From positions 16,258-80,257 of IMG/VR virus record IMGVR_UViG_3300034284_002648: 64,000 nt of DNA; one strand, 5' to 3'. Made by a program: the position numbers and the translations under genes. The notes below the pieces were generated by a model that saw nothing but the letters and a program-made list of their open reading frames with translations, did not search any database and was not told where the DNA came from. This document shows, piece by piece, positions 49,471 to 58,595 of the stretch; positions within the stretch are counted from its first letter, which is position 1; each line of letters starts with the position of its first letter. Source of the DNA: a virus.

Positions 49471-50102
49471 TGTAGTATTCCTTTATTATTTAGAAATTTC
49501 TGTATGGTATCATTTTTTTCTTCTATTGTCATAGATGTATTATCCAAAACAAAATCAAACTTGGACCAGTCGAAAAAACACTGGTCTAATGCAGACTCAC
49601 TCTCTGAGTTCGATTTGAACGGATCTTTTGTAAGTCGTATTACTAACCCACCACTATTTTGGATGGCCTCTACTTCGTTTGGAAATCTGCAATCTGCAAC
49701 AAGCGCTATATCTATGTTTTCAGATTTTATCTTATGAATAGTTGCAGCTGACCAAACATCTCTTTTTATTTGTCTAAATATACCAGTTCCTACAAATTCC
49801 ATTACTTGTCTAGCTGTCATAAATCCACTGTCATGATATTCATTATTCCAAGTCCATGTAATATCATAGCCCGGCATATCTTTCCATCTTAGTGATGTAA
49901 GGGTATTTTTATCGTCATCACTACCATAACACTGCTCATAAGTTAATCCTAGTATATTAATACATATATCCTGTTTCAGAGGGTCTGCAAAGCTATATAC
50001 CTTACAAGATAAATTAGGATAATGTTGCTTAACTAAAAGTTGAATATAATCACAGGCCGTACTTTTACCGGACTGTTTCCTACCTGCCATGGCTATTATC
50101 AT
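49464..50102 (-). CDS. Deoxynucleoside monophosphate kinase (T4 gp1-like)
   Basis: AGRKQSGKST P-loop, SFADPLK, TARQVMEFVGT, ADCRFPNE. Confidence 0.88.
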   Translation of the reverse strand: MIIAMAGRKQSGKSTACDYIQLLVKQHYPNLSCKVYSFADPLKQDICINILGLTYEQCYGSDDDKNTLTSLRWKDMPGYDITWTWNNEYHDSGFMTARQVMEFVGTGIFRQIKRDVWSAATIHKIKSENIDIALVADCRFPNEVEAIQNSGGLVIRLTKDPFKSNSESESALDQCFFDWSKFDFVLDNTSMTIEEKNDTIQKFLNNKGILQL

Positions 50103-51262
50103 TTGATACTCGATATTTGTGGAATAATACTGTTTTTGATTTCGTCTACAGATAATTCACCAACATCAGGCCCATCAAATGTTGGAGAATATATACGATA
50201 TATTTTTTTACACTTCTCTGTGATTTGTTTACATGCCTTTTGACCAGCATCATCGTTGTCCATGAGTAGTATAATATTCATGGCTCCGGATGAATCAATC
50301 AAAAGTTTTTGCTTGTCGCTCATGGATGAACCAAATATTGCTACACTATTATGAATTCCTGCTTCTTCTAGTCTCCAAACATTTCCAGGACTTTCAACAA
50401 GAATAATGTTTTTGGTTTTCTGAATATGGTCTTTTGCAAACCAGAAGTTGTACAAATGCTCTTGTGACTTAAACCCAAAATTATGCTTCCACTTACAATA
50501 TTTCCAAGCATCTTCTTTACTTGGACAAGAATCATCTGGATTGTGGTAATTTTTACACTTTGAACATGAATTAAATATACTCCTACCAGTACAGCCTATA
50601 ATGTATTTCCCATCAATTGAATATACTGGAACAACAATCCTATTGTGCATCTCTTTCTTTGGATTATCACAAAGTCCAACATCATATTTGTTTAATACTT
50701 CTTTAGTATATCCTCTTGAAAGATAATAGTTAGCCGGTATCTGTAATGATTGTCTAACTTGTGCTTTGGTAATTTTAGACAATGGATTAGCAGATGTTGT
50801 TGACTGCTTGACATTCTCTACTATTCTAGCAAATGTTGTTTTTTCAGTATCAGATCTGGATATCTTGATATCTTTTATAGATTTGTTCAATAATGATAGA
50901 CAAAAATCTACCGCTTCTTGAAAGGATGCAGTCGGATCACCATTCTGTGTCCAGCCATATTTGGTTCTAGATAAAACCCCTCTGACAAAACCTATAATAG
51001 AACTTTTAAAAATGTCATCACAATTGTGTGTGCGACATTTCCAATTACCTCTGTAATAGTCTCCAGTATGATAAATATTTATAGCCGAAGCATTATCTCC
51101 ACCATGTATAGGGCAAGACATGGTTATCATTTTATTTGACATTTTATAATCAGGAATGTCTAAGGCTGTTAGTAACTCTTCTATGTTATCACATGTTTGA
51201 TCACAAACAACCTTTAGTTTTTGCTGATTATACGAATGGAATTTCTGTGTCATTGTTTTCAT
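50099..51262 (-). CDS. dnaG: DnaG-type DNA primase
   Basis: CPIH...WKC..HNC Zn finger; HNRIVVPV; TOPRIM LVESPGNV...MDNDDAG. Confidence 0.88.
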   Translation of the reverse strand: MKTMTQKFHSYNQQKLKVVCDQTCDNIEELLTALDIPDYKMSNKMITMSCPIHGGDNASAINIYHTGDYYRGNWKCRTHNCDDIFKSSIIGFVRGVLSRTKYGWTQNGDPTASFQEAVDFCLSLLNKSIKDIKISRSDTEKTTFARIVENVKQSTTSANPLSKITKAQVRQSLQIPANYYLSRGYTKEVLNKYDVGLCDNPKKEMHNRIVVPVYSIDGKYIIGCTGRSIFNSCSKCKNYHNPDDSCPSKEDAWKYCKWKHNFGFKSQEHLYNFWFAKDHIQKTKNIILVESPGNVWRLEEAGIHNSVAIFGSSMSDKQKLLIDSSGAMNIILLMDNDDAGQKACKQITEKCKKIYRIYSPTFDGPDVGELSVDEIKNSIIPQISSIK

Positions 51263-52688
51263 TGTTATCGTCTACAATAAATCCGTCTTGTTTTTTGTTG
51301 CTTGAACTTTTCAATTCTAGTTTTGTTTTACCTTCTGTGATCTTTGCACACCAACCCTTCATATGACAATTAATATAGTCATTATCGTCAAGACCACCAC
51401 CATGTCTGCTAATTAGGGGTACTAATTTTCTATTGCCACTAGCCGGTCCATCTTCAGCAATTTCTTCATCAGACTTTCTTTTGAAGATAGTAAAATTACT
51501 ACACAACCATATGATTCTATCTGAACCAGAAGCGGTATCAGTAGACTCCTTGGTTATACCATCCCTATTTAGCTGGATAAAGGCGACTACGGGTATTTTA
51601 TACCTTACCGCAAAGTTATGCAAGCTTGTCATCATGAATCCTAGCACTTGGTATTCCTTCATATCTTGTGATATACCAGCCGAATCCATTAACTTCAAAT
51701 AATCATAAAATATAACACAGTCTTTAGCGGTTCCATCTGGGTTGAGCCCCACTTCTTTGACAAGCCATCTTCTCATTATTGACAGCTGATCTTCAAATGG
51801 CTTACCAGCAATACTTTTATGATATAGCTTACTGTTTTTAATAGCTTCTATAGCCTTGGATATTTTCATCTTCTTGTCTGGAGACTCTGCAAATTTACCA
51901 GTTTCTATAGCATTGATTTCTATTTCTGTCATCATGGCTAATAGTCTATGGATATGATCTTCTTTTGTCATTTCAGTATCCATGTTCAATACTGGTATGC
52001 CTCGTTGGGCTATATTCGCACCCATATTATCAGACAATAGCGTTTTACCGGTCTTGGGTCTTGCTGCTATAACATTAACAGTACCTTTTCTTAAACCTCC
52101 ACCTATGGATTGATCATAGATGGGGAATCCTGTGGGAATACCAACTTGATCAATTTTATGTAGTTCAAGTTGTTCTACATACTCTTCTAGAGAGTTTCCT
52201 ATATTTTCTGGTCCGGTATCACTATCTACTAGTAGTGAAGAAAAGTTAAAAATACTATCTTCAGCAATACCAACTATAGAAGAGATTGCTTCATTTCCAG
52301 TTATATCTAGAATTTTTTCTTGAGCTAGTTCTAATTGTTTTCTCAATAGTCTAGCTATTTCTAGCTTACGAATTTTTGCAGCAAATTTTCTAACATTATC
52401 TAGACTTACTGGAAAATCTATTACTGCCTTTAGATGTTGTGTCTCTTCTTTTTTACTAAGTATGTGAGCGACACCTATCTCCTGTGCTATAGAATAAATG
52501 GAGGCTATATCTATTGTAGCCTGATTATTTTCGCACAGCGTTTTGAGACATTTAAATATAATACTGTTACTATCAATTGTAAAGGAAGTATCCTGAACAA
52601 TATCTGCTACGTCTAAATATGCATCTTGCCCATATGTGCAAATGCCTGCTAGTACCGCTCTTTCTGCGGCAGGATCAGCTAAAATCAT
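51228..52688 (-). CDS. dnaB: DnaB-like replicative helicase
   Basis: AERAVLAG, GIPTGF, ARPKTGKT (Walker A), DTEM, FYDYLKLM, FIQLNR. Confidence 0.93.
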   Translation of the reverse strand: MILADPAAERAVLAGICTYGQDAYLDVADIVQDTSFTIDSNSIIFKCLKTLCENNQATIDIASIYSIAQEIGVAHILSKKEETQHLKAVIDFPVSLDNVRKFAAKIRKLEIARLLRKQLELAQEKILDITGNEAISSIVGIAEDSIFNFSSLLVDSDTGPENIGNSLEEYVEQLELHKIDQVGIPTGFPIYDQSIGGGLRKGTVNVIAARPKTGKTLLSDNMGANIAQRGIPVLNMDTEMTKEDHIHRLLAMMTEIEINAIETGKFAESPDKKMKISKAIEAIKNSKLYHKSIAGKPFEDQLSIMRRWLVKEVGLNPDGTAKDCVIFYDYLKLMDSAGISQDMKEYQVLGFMMTSLHNFAVRYKIPVVAFIQLNRDGITKESTDTASGSDRIIWLCSNFTIFKRKSDEEIAEDGPASGNRKLVPLISRHGGGLDDNDYINCHMKGWCAKITEGKTKLELKSSSNKKQDGFIVDDNNENNDTEIPFV

Positions 52689-52691
52689 AAA

Positions 52692-53186
52692 TTACCCCAA
52701 CTTTGAATGAGATGATGCTATCTTTGTTTTTTGTATTGACAATAAAATATCGGATAAGTTTTTAATATTTCCTGCTAAGTATTGTAGTCTGTCGCTTCGT
52801 TGTTTCGCATATTTTTTGATTTTATTAAGGGCTAATGCTTTATCATTATTTTTTATAGCTTGAAGAGATTTTTCCATATATCCATATCCCTTATAATTGT
52901 TTATTTCATCAGCTATAACATCTTTGATAGTTTCTTCAGACCAATTCAATCTTGCTATTTCCCTGTTAAGGGTTCGTTGAACATGAAAAGAGAATTGGGC
53001 TAAACGATATGCTATTTGAGCGCAATCTTCCGGAGTTAGTTTTTCTAAAACATCTCTGTTCATTGTTAAGTAGCTCTGAAGTTCTGTTTCAGAAAAAGCG
53101 TCTGATTTGTACTTTTCAAATCCTATGCTCTGTTCATACTCATCAAGAATCGTGTCCCAGGATTCAACTTGTTCTTTGGTATTCAT
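52692..53186 (-). CDS. UvsY-like recombination mediator (putative)
   Basis: Helical 164-aa protein near recA. The C-terminal AIKNNDKALALNK...IKNLSDILLSIQKTK resembles the T4 UvsY C-terminal helix pattern. Confidence 0.45.
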   Translation of the reverse strand: MNTKEQVESWDTILDEYEQSIGFEKYKSDAFSETELQSYLTMNRDVLEKLTPEDCAQIAYRLAQFSFHVQRTLNREIARLNWSEETIKDVIADEINNYKGYGYMEKSLQAIKNNDKALALNKIKKYAKQRSDRLQYLAGNIKNLSDILLSIQKTKIASSHSKLG

Positions 53187-53586
53187 TTAAAATCCTTTGT
53201 GTCCACTGATCTATACTTTCATTGAATGGCAATTCGATATATACTATATCATTTATACGACACCATTCCATTTTATCTCTATCTCTCTTTTTATGCTTCA
53301 TAAATCCTAATTGATTAGAATGATAGTGTGCAACAAATTTATAATGTTGTTCACCATGTACTTCAATACAGAATTTAATTAAGGGCAAATAAAAGTCTAG
53401 ATAGAGAGTTTCTGACTTTCGAAGTATTATAGGTACTTCTTCGAGTGCCACCAAGGTCGGAAAAATATTCTTGATCACACCCCTAGCCTGAACGTGTAAG
53501 CTAGATTTATTTGCCAATTTACTATGAGCCATATTACCAATAAGTTGCCAATTGTGAGAATTGCCGTCTAAATCCTTTACTAGCAT
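53164..53586 (-). CDS. DUF559/Vsr-like endonuclease
   Basis: LYLDFYLP...IEVHGEQHY...RDRDKMEWCRINDI. Confidence 0.75.
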   Translation of the reverse strand: MLVKDLDGNSHNWQLIGNMAHSKLANKSSLHVQARGVIKNIFPTLVALEEVPIILRKSETLYLDFYLPLIKFCIEVHGEQHYKFVAHYHSNQLGFMKHKKRDRDKMEWCRINDIVYIELPFNESIDQWTQRILNEYQRTS

Positions 53587-54593
53587 TTGATACCCATCAT
53601 GTTTTTAACTTCGTTATATAACTTATCATAAGCTTCTGGATTATCTAGAATGTATTGTCTGACTTTTTCCAAACCTTGAAGTTTTGGTTTGGCTTCTAAA
53701 AAGTCGAGGGTATACCAAGCACCACCCTTATTAATTAACCCCATATCAGATGCTAATACAATAAGTTCTGTATGCTTGTCAATACCTTGTCCATATCTTA
53801 AATATGATGTAATTGTCCCTCCTGGCGGTCCAAGAGCAGAACATACAACTTGCCACGTTATTTCTTGACCTATTTGATTCCCATCAGCACCAAGAGTCCA
53901 TGGGCTGAAACTTTTGGCTCGTAATTTAATATCTGTTTGATATGCTATAGCCTGACCAGACTTCTCTTTGAACTCTGCACCATAGCCTGTGGGATTGCCC
54001 ATTAAATGAGTGATACCTATGACTATATTTTTATTTACAGGAATAACATTAGCAACCTTTCTGCAAAATTTTGCTAATAATTTAGCACCGTCTGCTCTTT
54101 GCATTTTATCCATATCGGATGTAATTTCTGCTTCTGTACATAAAGCAGAATATGAGTCTATGATTATTACTGACCCTGGTTCTTCATTAATAATTCTTTC
54201 TGCTATTTGAAGATATTCTTCGGCATGTAAAATTTTTCCCTGTTGAGATCCTATAACTTCAAACCTAGATAAATCTAATCCCGGTATGCCTTCAAGATCT
54301 CTTTTTTTCAATCTACCTTCAATATTTAGGTAGTACACAACTCGTGGCTTTTTAAGATCGCCCTGATATTCTTTTTTTTGTGCTGTCGCACAGAAGGACA
54401 AAGACGTTGTGGTTTTGCCGCATTTGGGTTGTCCGGTTAAAACAACAAAACTACCTTCTGGGATACCACCATTTAAAATAACGTCCAGAGCAGGGCTTAC
54501 AGGAATGACCAGAGATGGCTTATCCACCACAGCACTTCCCGATAAAATGATATCAGAACCAAAATCCTTGATGACACCTTCTTTAAGACCCAT
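53580..54593 (-). CDS. recA: RecA/UvsX-like recombinase
   Basis: LDVILNGGIPEG, GQPKCGKTT, IIIDSYSAL, GQGID, KGGAWY, QGLEKV. Confidence 0.92.
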   Translation of the reverse strand: MGLKEGVIKDFGSDIILSGSAVVDKPSLVIPVSPALDVILNGGIPEGSFVVLTGQPKCGKTTTSLSFCATAQKKEYQGDLKKPRVVYYLNIEGRLKKRDLEGIPGLDLSRFEVIGSQQGKILHAEEYLQIAERIINEEPGSVIIIDSYSALCTEAEITSDMDKMQRADGAKLLAKFCRKVANVIPVNKNIVIGITHLMGNPTGYGAEFKEKSGQAIAYQTDIKLRAKSFSPWTLGADGNQIGQEITWQVVCSALGPPGGTITSYLRYGQGIDKHTELIVLASDMGLINKGGAWYTLDFLEAKPKLQGLEKVRQYILDNPEAYDKLYNEVKNMMGIKC

Positions 54594-55002
54594 TTTCTAT
54601 ATCCTCTAATTTTGATAAAATATTTTTTTTCAGATTGATCGTTTGCCTATGAGAAACATCTTCTTTGCGCTCAAATTTTTTGGTCAAAACATCATTTTCC
54701 TCTTCGAGCAATTTGGCTTCTTGTTCAATTATAGGAATCAGATGAGGCGCTCGCAAGGAGTAGATTCTTTCTGTTTTCGGGTTGTTCATAGCCCTTATAA
54801 CAGGTTTTTCTCCGTATTCTTTAATGAGCTTGTTTGCTGTTGCTATTTGATTACGAAAAAAAGCTGACCACTTTTTATTAGTCCAAAATCTATAATGCAA
54901 ATCCTGCTTATCCATTTTGGCTTTTTTCTCACAAATCATTTCTGTTATGTATTGTGCAGCAGAAACGAATTTGTCATTGGAATATCTAGATGGGTACTTC
55001 AT
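54583..55002 (-). CDS. Hypothetical protein
   Basis: 139-aa ORF that overlaps both neighbours in the operon. Confidence 0.7.
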   Translation of the reverse strand: MKYPSRYSNDKFVSAAQYITEMICEKKAKMDKQDLHYRFWTNKKWSAFFRNQIATANKLIKEYGEKPVIRAMNNPKTERIYSLRAPHLIPIIEQEAKLLEEENDVLTKKFERKEDVSHRQTINLKKNILSKLEDIENGS

Positions 55003-55355
55003 ACCTTGTCTGTTTTTAGTACTTCTTTACTTGCTGACGTTAGTGCTTCTTGTAGGTGTTTGTCGAATAGTTCGATAAATTTATCAAAGTCTTCTTTTGC
55101 TGGTAATGGGATGTAATAATTTTTTTCTACCAGTTTTGGAATCTTATAGGATTGACCCTTTTCGTTTAATGATAGTACTTGAAATACGATCTTGGTAAAG
55201 ATTTCGTGTTGGTAATCGGTATGTTTCTCTTCTTCTTCAAACAGTTCACCGTATGCCCCACGAAAATAAACGTCTTTGTCTTTCTGTTTATCTTCTATGA
55301 ATTTAGAAATTATTTCTTCTATCTGTTCTTTTTCAGTTTTCTGTTGTTCTTCCAT
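54999..55355 (-). CDS. Hypothetical acidic protein
   Basis: Likely start MEEQQK at ATG55355, just after the upstream stop and with an AGGA RBS. Confidence 0.6.
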   Translation of the reverse strand: MEEQQKTEKEQIEEIISKFIEDKQKDKDVYFRGAYGELFEEEEKHTDYQHEIFTKIVFQVLSLNEKGQSYKIPKLVEKNYYIPLPAKEDFDKFIELFDKHLQEALTSASKEVLKTDKV

Positions 55356-55359
55356 AATA

Positions 55360-55740
55360 TTATCCTGGTGATGTCGAACAATTATTACACTTATATCTTT
55401 CTCTAGAGTCAACCATATTGGCGCTTATTTTTTCGGTTTTATTACACACTCTGCATGTAACTTCCACAAAGTCAACAGGTCTATTCCTTGCAGTAGGGGG
55501 GTATTTGCATAATTTTTTATCTATTTCTATATCTTCTTTATGCATATTTGCTTCTGGCATATCAGCAAACTTATTTACTCTTTTCTTTTTGTTGTTAAAT
55601 TTTTTGCTGCTATCCTTTATTGGATCTTCGGGCAAAGTATCTTCATTTTCGTCATTGTCTTCTTCTGGAAGTAGAGACGAAAGTAGTGATATTAATTCTT
55701 GTAATTTTTTTGGATCTTTGGCCAGCTTTTGTAAATCCAT
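55360..55740 (-). CDS. Hypothetical protein with a C-terminal Zn ribbon
   Basis: CRVC...CNNC. Confidence 0.65.
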   Translation of the reverse strand: MDLQKLAKDPKKLQELISLLSSLLPEEDNDENEDTLPEDPIKDSSKKFNNKKKRVNKFADMPEANMHKEDIEIDKKLCKYPPTARNRPVDFVEVTCRVCNKTEKISANMVDSRERYKCNNCSTSPG

Positions 55741-55743
55741 ATA

Positions 55744-56115
55744 TTATTCCTTTTTCTTTTTTGCCTCACTAGGAACAAAAATTCCATTCATATATCTATT
55801 ATTTTTTGGATTGGCTGGTGGAGCATTCTTTTTAACAGCATCATTGTATTCCGAAGCGTCTTTCGTCATAATAGATACAGTATTGGTTTTTTTACCCATT
55901 GTTGTATTAATCATGAGACTTTTAGATCTACTTGATGTTGGTTCTTGAGCAGTTTTAACCGCAGGACCATCTTTATTAACAGCATTAAATTGTTCTAGAA
56001 CTTTAGACACCTGATCTATACTAAGCTTAAGTTCTTGAGCTATTTCTTCTTTAGTTTTATTTTGTTGAGCCAGCCAGTTTATAGCATATGTATTAGCTTT
56101 ACTTATTCTTGCCAT
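55744..56115 (-). CDS. HTH-containing putative DNA-binding protein
   Basis: KTKEEIAQELKLSIDQVSKVL HTH pattern. Confidence 0.6.
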   Translation of the reverse strand: MARISKANTYAINWLAQQNKTKEEIAQELKLSIDQVSKVLEQFNAVNKDGPAVKTAQEPTSSRSKSLMINTTMGKKTNTVSIMTKDASEYNDAVKKNAPPANPKNNRYMNGIFVPSEAKKKKE

Positions 56116-56525
56116 TATATCATCTCCCTTTCTGCATTGTTAAGCCACGATTCATTTTTTGTTTTGAGAAAATTTAGATACATATCAAATATCTTTGGGC
56201 TAACATCTTTATACCTTGTTTGTTCTTTACAAACCCTATTGATAAACTGATGTTGTTGATTATCTTGATATGTGCCTATTGGATTATATAGCTTACCTCT
56301 AGAATCCAATTTAACATAATACCTAGTAGAGTTATTATCTGGTATATATATTGATTTAGCATATGTATTTTCATTCTCTTCTTTAGTTCTAGGATTAAAC
56401 TCTTTATCTTGATAGTCTTCGCTACCAATAATGGTAAAATAGCTTTCTGTTCTTGGTTTGTCCACTTTTGGTTTTTGAGACTGGAAAATACAGCTACTAT
56501 CTAATTTATTTATTCTGTGTTCCAT
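56115..56525 (-). CDS. Hypothetical protein, paralog of 56863..57270
   Basis: Shared motifs Y.T.IG.ED, YAK, LYNPI, FI..VCK, IFD.Y..FL.TKN..WL..A.RE. Confidence 0.7.
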   Translation of the reverse strand: MEHRINKLDSSCIFQSQKPKVDKPRTESYFTIIGSEDYQDKEFNPRTKEENENTYAKSIYIPDNNSTRYYVKLDSRGKLYNPIGTYQDNQQHQFINRVCKEQTRYKDVSPKIFDMYLNFLKTKNESWLNNAEREMI

Positions 56526-56863
56526 TTTATTTTACCCTTTGATTTTTTCATTCTACTCATGCCTGATGGCAATTCTTTTTTCGGAGCTTCGTCTTTATAA
56601 CTATTGTGTTTCTTATAGAGTGCTATTTTTTGATCATCGCTCATTCTTTCACTATTTCTATTAGCTAAATGTCCTATTGTTTTTATTTCACTATCTGATA
56701 GTCTAACAGATGTATTTAGAGTAGATAGATCGTCATGATAACATCTTGAAGTATTTTTGCTACCGCAAGATTCACACTTAACATTTTCTTTATATTCTCT
56801 AATAGAACATACTATTTCAAATTTATTTTCGCACTTACTGCAAAGATATGTATAACAAGGCAT
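56510..56863 (-). CDS. FmdB-family Zn-ribbon putative regulator
   Basis: MPCYTYLCSKCENKFE...CESCGS. Confidence 0.8.
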   Translation of the reverse strand: MPCYTYLCSKCENKFEIVCSIREYKENVKCESCGSKNTSRCYHDDLSTLNTSVRLSDSEIKTIGHLANRNSERMSDDQKIALYKKHNSYKDEAPKKELPSGMSRMKKSKGKIKWNTE

Positions 56864-57270
56864 TACTTAATTTCTCTCTGCGCTTCCGTGAGCCATTGAA
56901 TATTTTTTGTTCTTAAAAATGTGATATATTTATCGAATATTGCTTGATTCACTTCTATAAAACGATCATTGTTTTTACATACTGAATCTATAAAACTTGG
57001 TTTGGAGCTTTTCACAGAATATAGTTGTATTGGATTATACAGTGTTTTATTGGGTAATACCTTAATATAAAATGAGTATCCAACAGATTCATTATTGAAT
57101 GTATTAGACTGAAAAGCTTTTGGCAATTTATTTTTAACAGCCTTAGCGTAGACAAAATTATCTTGAATTTTTTTGCATGGATTTCCGCTTTCATCAAGAA
57201 AGTCTTCATTGCCAATTAGGGTATAGTAAATTGATTCTTTGGTGTCGTTTTTTATTTTATGAATGTTCAT
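56863..57270 (-). CDS. Hypothetical protein, paralog of 56115..56525
   Basis: Likely start MNIHKIK at ATG57270, in an ATGA overlap with the HNH gene stop. Confidence 0.7.
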   Translation of the reverse strand: MNIHKIKNDTKESIYYTLIGNEDFLDESGNPCKKIQDNFVYAKAVKNKLPKAFQSNTFNNESVGYSFYIKVLPNKTLYNPIQLYSVKSSKPSFIDSVCKNNDRFIEVNQAIFDKYITFLRTKNIQWLTEAQREIK

Positions 57271-57851
57271 GATAAATATGCGGCTGGCAAATATAAAGTC
57301 CACTCTTCCGGTATTTCTTCCTTTATCTTAGAGAGATATGACTTCAATGGCAAGTACTTTGCGGTTTTAGTTGGTCTATATGGTAAATTTAATAATGGCA
57401 TATTAGCTTGTTTGGGTGTTTTACTCCCCTTTTTCCTATTACACGCTAAACATGCAGTCACTATATTTGTCCAATTAGTAGGTGTTCCATTAGAATAGTC
57501 CCACTGTGATTTTGGTATAACATGATCATATGTTAATTGGGCCATATCTTTATATTCGCCACAATATTGACATGTGTGATCATCTCTAATAAATAAATTT
57601 TTTCTTGAAAAATTAACTACCAGATGATTATACTTTTTATATCTTGAGGTTTTAGCAATACATGGGACGGGAAATCTCTTACCGTTTGGGGCATTGATAA
57701 AGTCATTCTTATAAAAATCTAATATTTCTATACCAACGTTTTTATTATAAGAATTTTTGATAGACCATATTAATGCCTTTCTCCAAGATATAACGCACAT
57801 TGGCGAGTAATCAGCATTTAGTACTAAACATTTTTTATGGTTTACGCTCAT
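57267..57851 (-). CDS. HNH endonuclease (McrA-like)
   Basis: LVLNADYSP; RDDHTCQYCG; TYDHVIPKS; WTNIVTACLACNRKKG. Confidence 0.9.
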   Translation of the reverse strand: MSVNHKKCLVLNADYSPMCVISWRKALIWSIKNSYNKNVGIEILDFYKNDFINAPNGKRFPVPCIAKTSRYKKYNHLVVNFSRKNLFIRDDHTCQYCGEYKDMAQLTYDHVIPKSQWDYSNGTPTNWTNIVTACLACNRKKGSKTPKQANMPLLNLPYRPTKTAKYLPLKSYLSKIKEEIPEEWTLYLPAAYLS

Positions 57852-58572
57852 AATTATCTAGTCTGGCTAATATACCTGCTATGATTGGATTTCTTACAAT
57901 ATCAGAAGATTCTAATTTAGCAAACCCAATACCCTCTAGTGATTCTAGTGCATTGATCATCTCTATGAATCCACCTTGTAGATGTCTCATAAGATCAGAC
58001 TGACCAACGTCACCAGTTAAGACTAGCTTACTTTCTCTACCGACTCTAGTTAGTAACATTTTTAATTGTTCATATGAAGCATTTTGACACTCATCTGCTA
58101 CAATAAAACAATTATGAAAATTGCGACCTCTCATCAAACCTAGAGGTACAATTTCTATCTTATTATTCGTCTTCAATGAAATATATTGAGCTGTATTAAT
58201 AAAATAGTTAACTTCGTCTAAGATGGGTAATAGGTACGGATGTAATTTTTCTTCTGCTGTTCCTGGTAAATAACCGATTTTTTCTCCTGCTTCTATAACT
58301 GGTCTAGTAATAATAATTTTTTTAACTTTTTCTTCTAATAGGTATTCCAAAGCCATACCGATAGCTATATGTGTTTTACCACTACCAGCCAAGCCTTGGC
58401 AAAAGGTAATAGTATTTTCTGCTATAGTTCTGATATAGTCTTTTTGATTTTCACTTCTAGGTTTTAACCTATTTCTATAACCGTCTCCAATAGATTGTAT
58501 ATTACCACCAAGGTCTTTTGTTAAATCAATAGCTTTATTATTTTTTCTTTTGTTTTTGTTATTTTTTCTCAA
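57835..58572 (-). CDS. phoH: PhoH-family ATPase
   Basis: GLAGSGKT, TRPVIEAGEKIGYLPG, MRGRNF, DECQN, GDVGQSD, DIVRNP. Likely TTG start at 58572 after AAAGGT. Confidence 0.93.
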   Translation of the reverse strand: MRKNNKNKRKNNKAIDLTKDLGGNIQSIGDGYRNRLKPRSENQKDYIRTIAENTITFCQGLAGSGKTHIAIGMALEYLLEEKVKKIIITRPVIEAGEKIGYLPGTAEEKLHPYLLPILDEVNYFINTAQYISLKTNNKIEIVPLGLMRGRNFHNCFIVADECQNASYEQLKMLLTRVGRESKLVLTGDVGQSDLMRHLQGGFIEMINALESLEGIGFAKLESSDIVRNPIIAGILARLDNYERKP

Positions 58573-58595
58573 TGTGGATACCTTTATGAATAAAG

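Noticed and set aside
55418-55948. 176-aa + strand ORF and other + strand ORFs within the - arm
   Set aside because: They lie fully antisense to well-supported, tightly packed - strand genes and have the low-complexity F/L/S composition typical of shadow ORFs.
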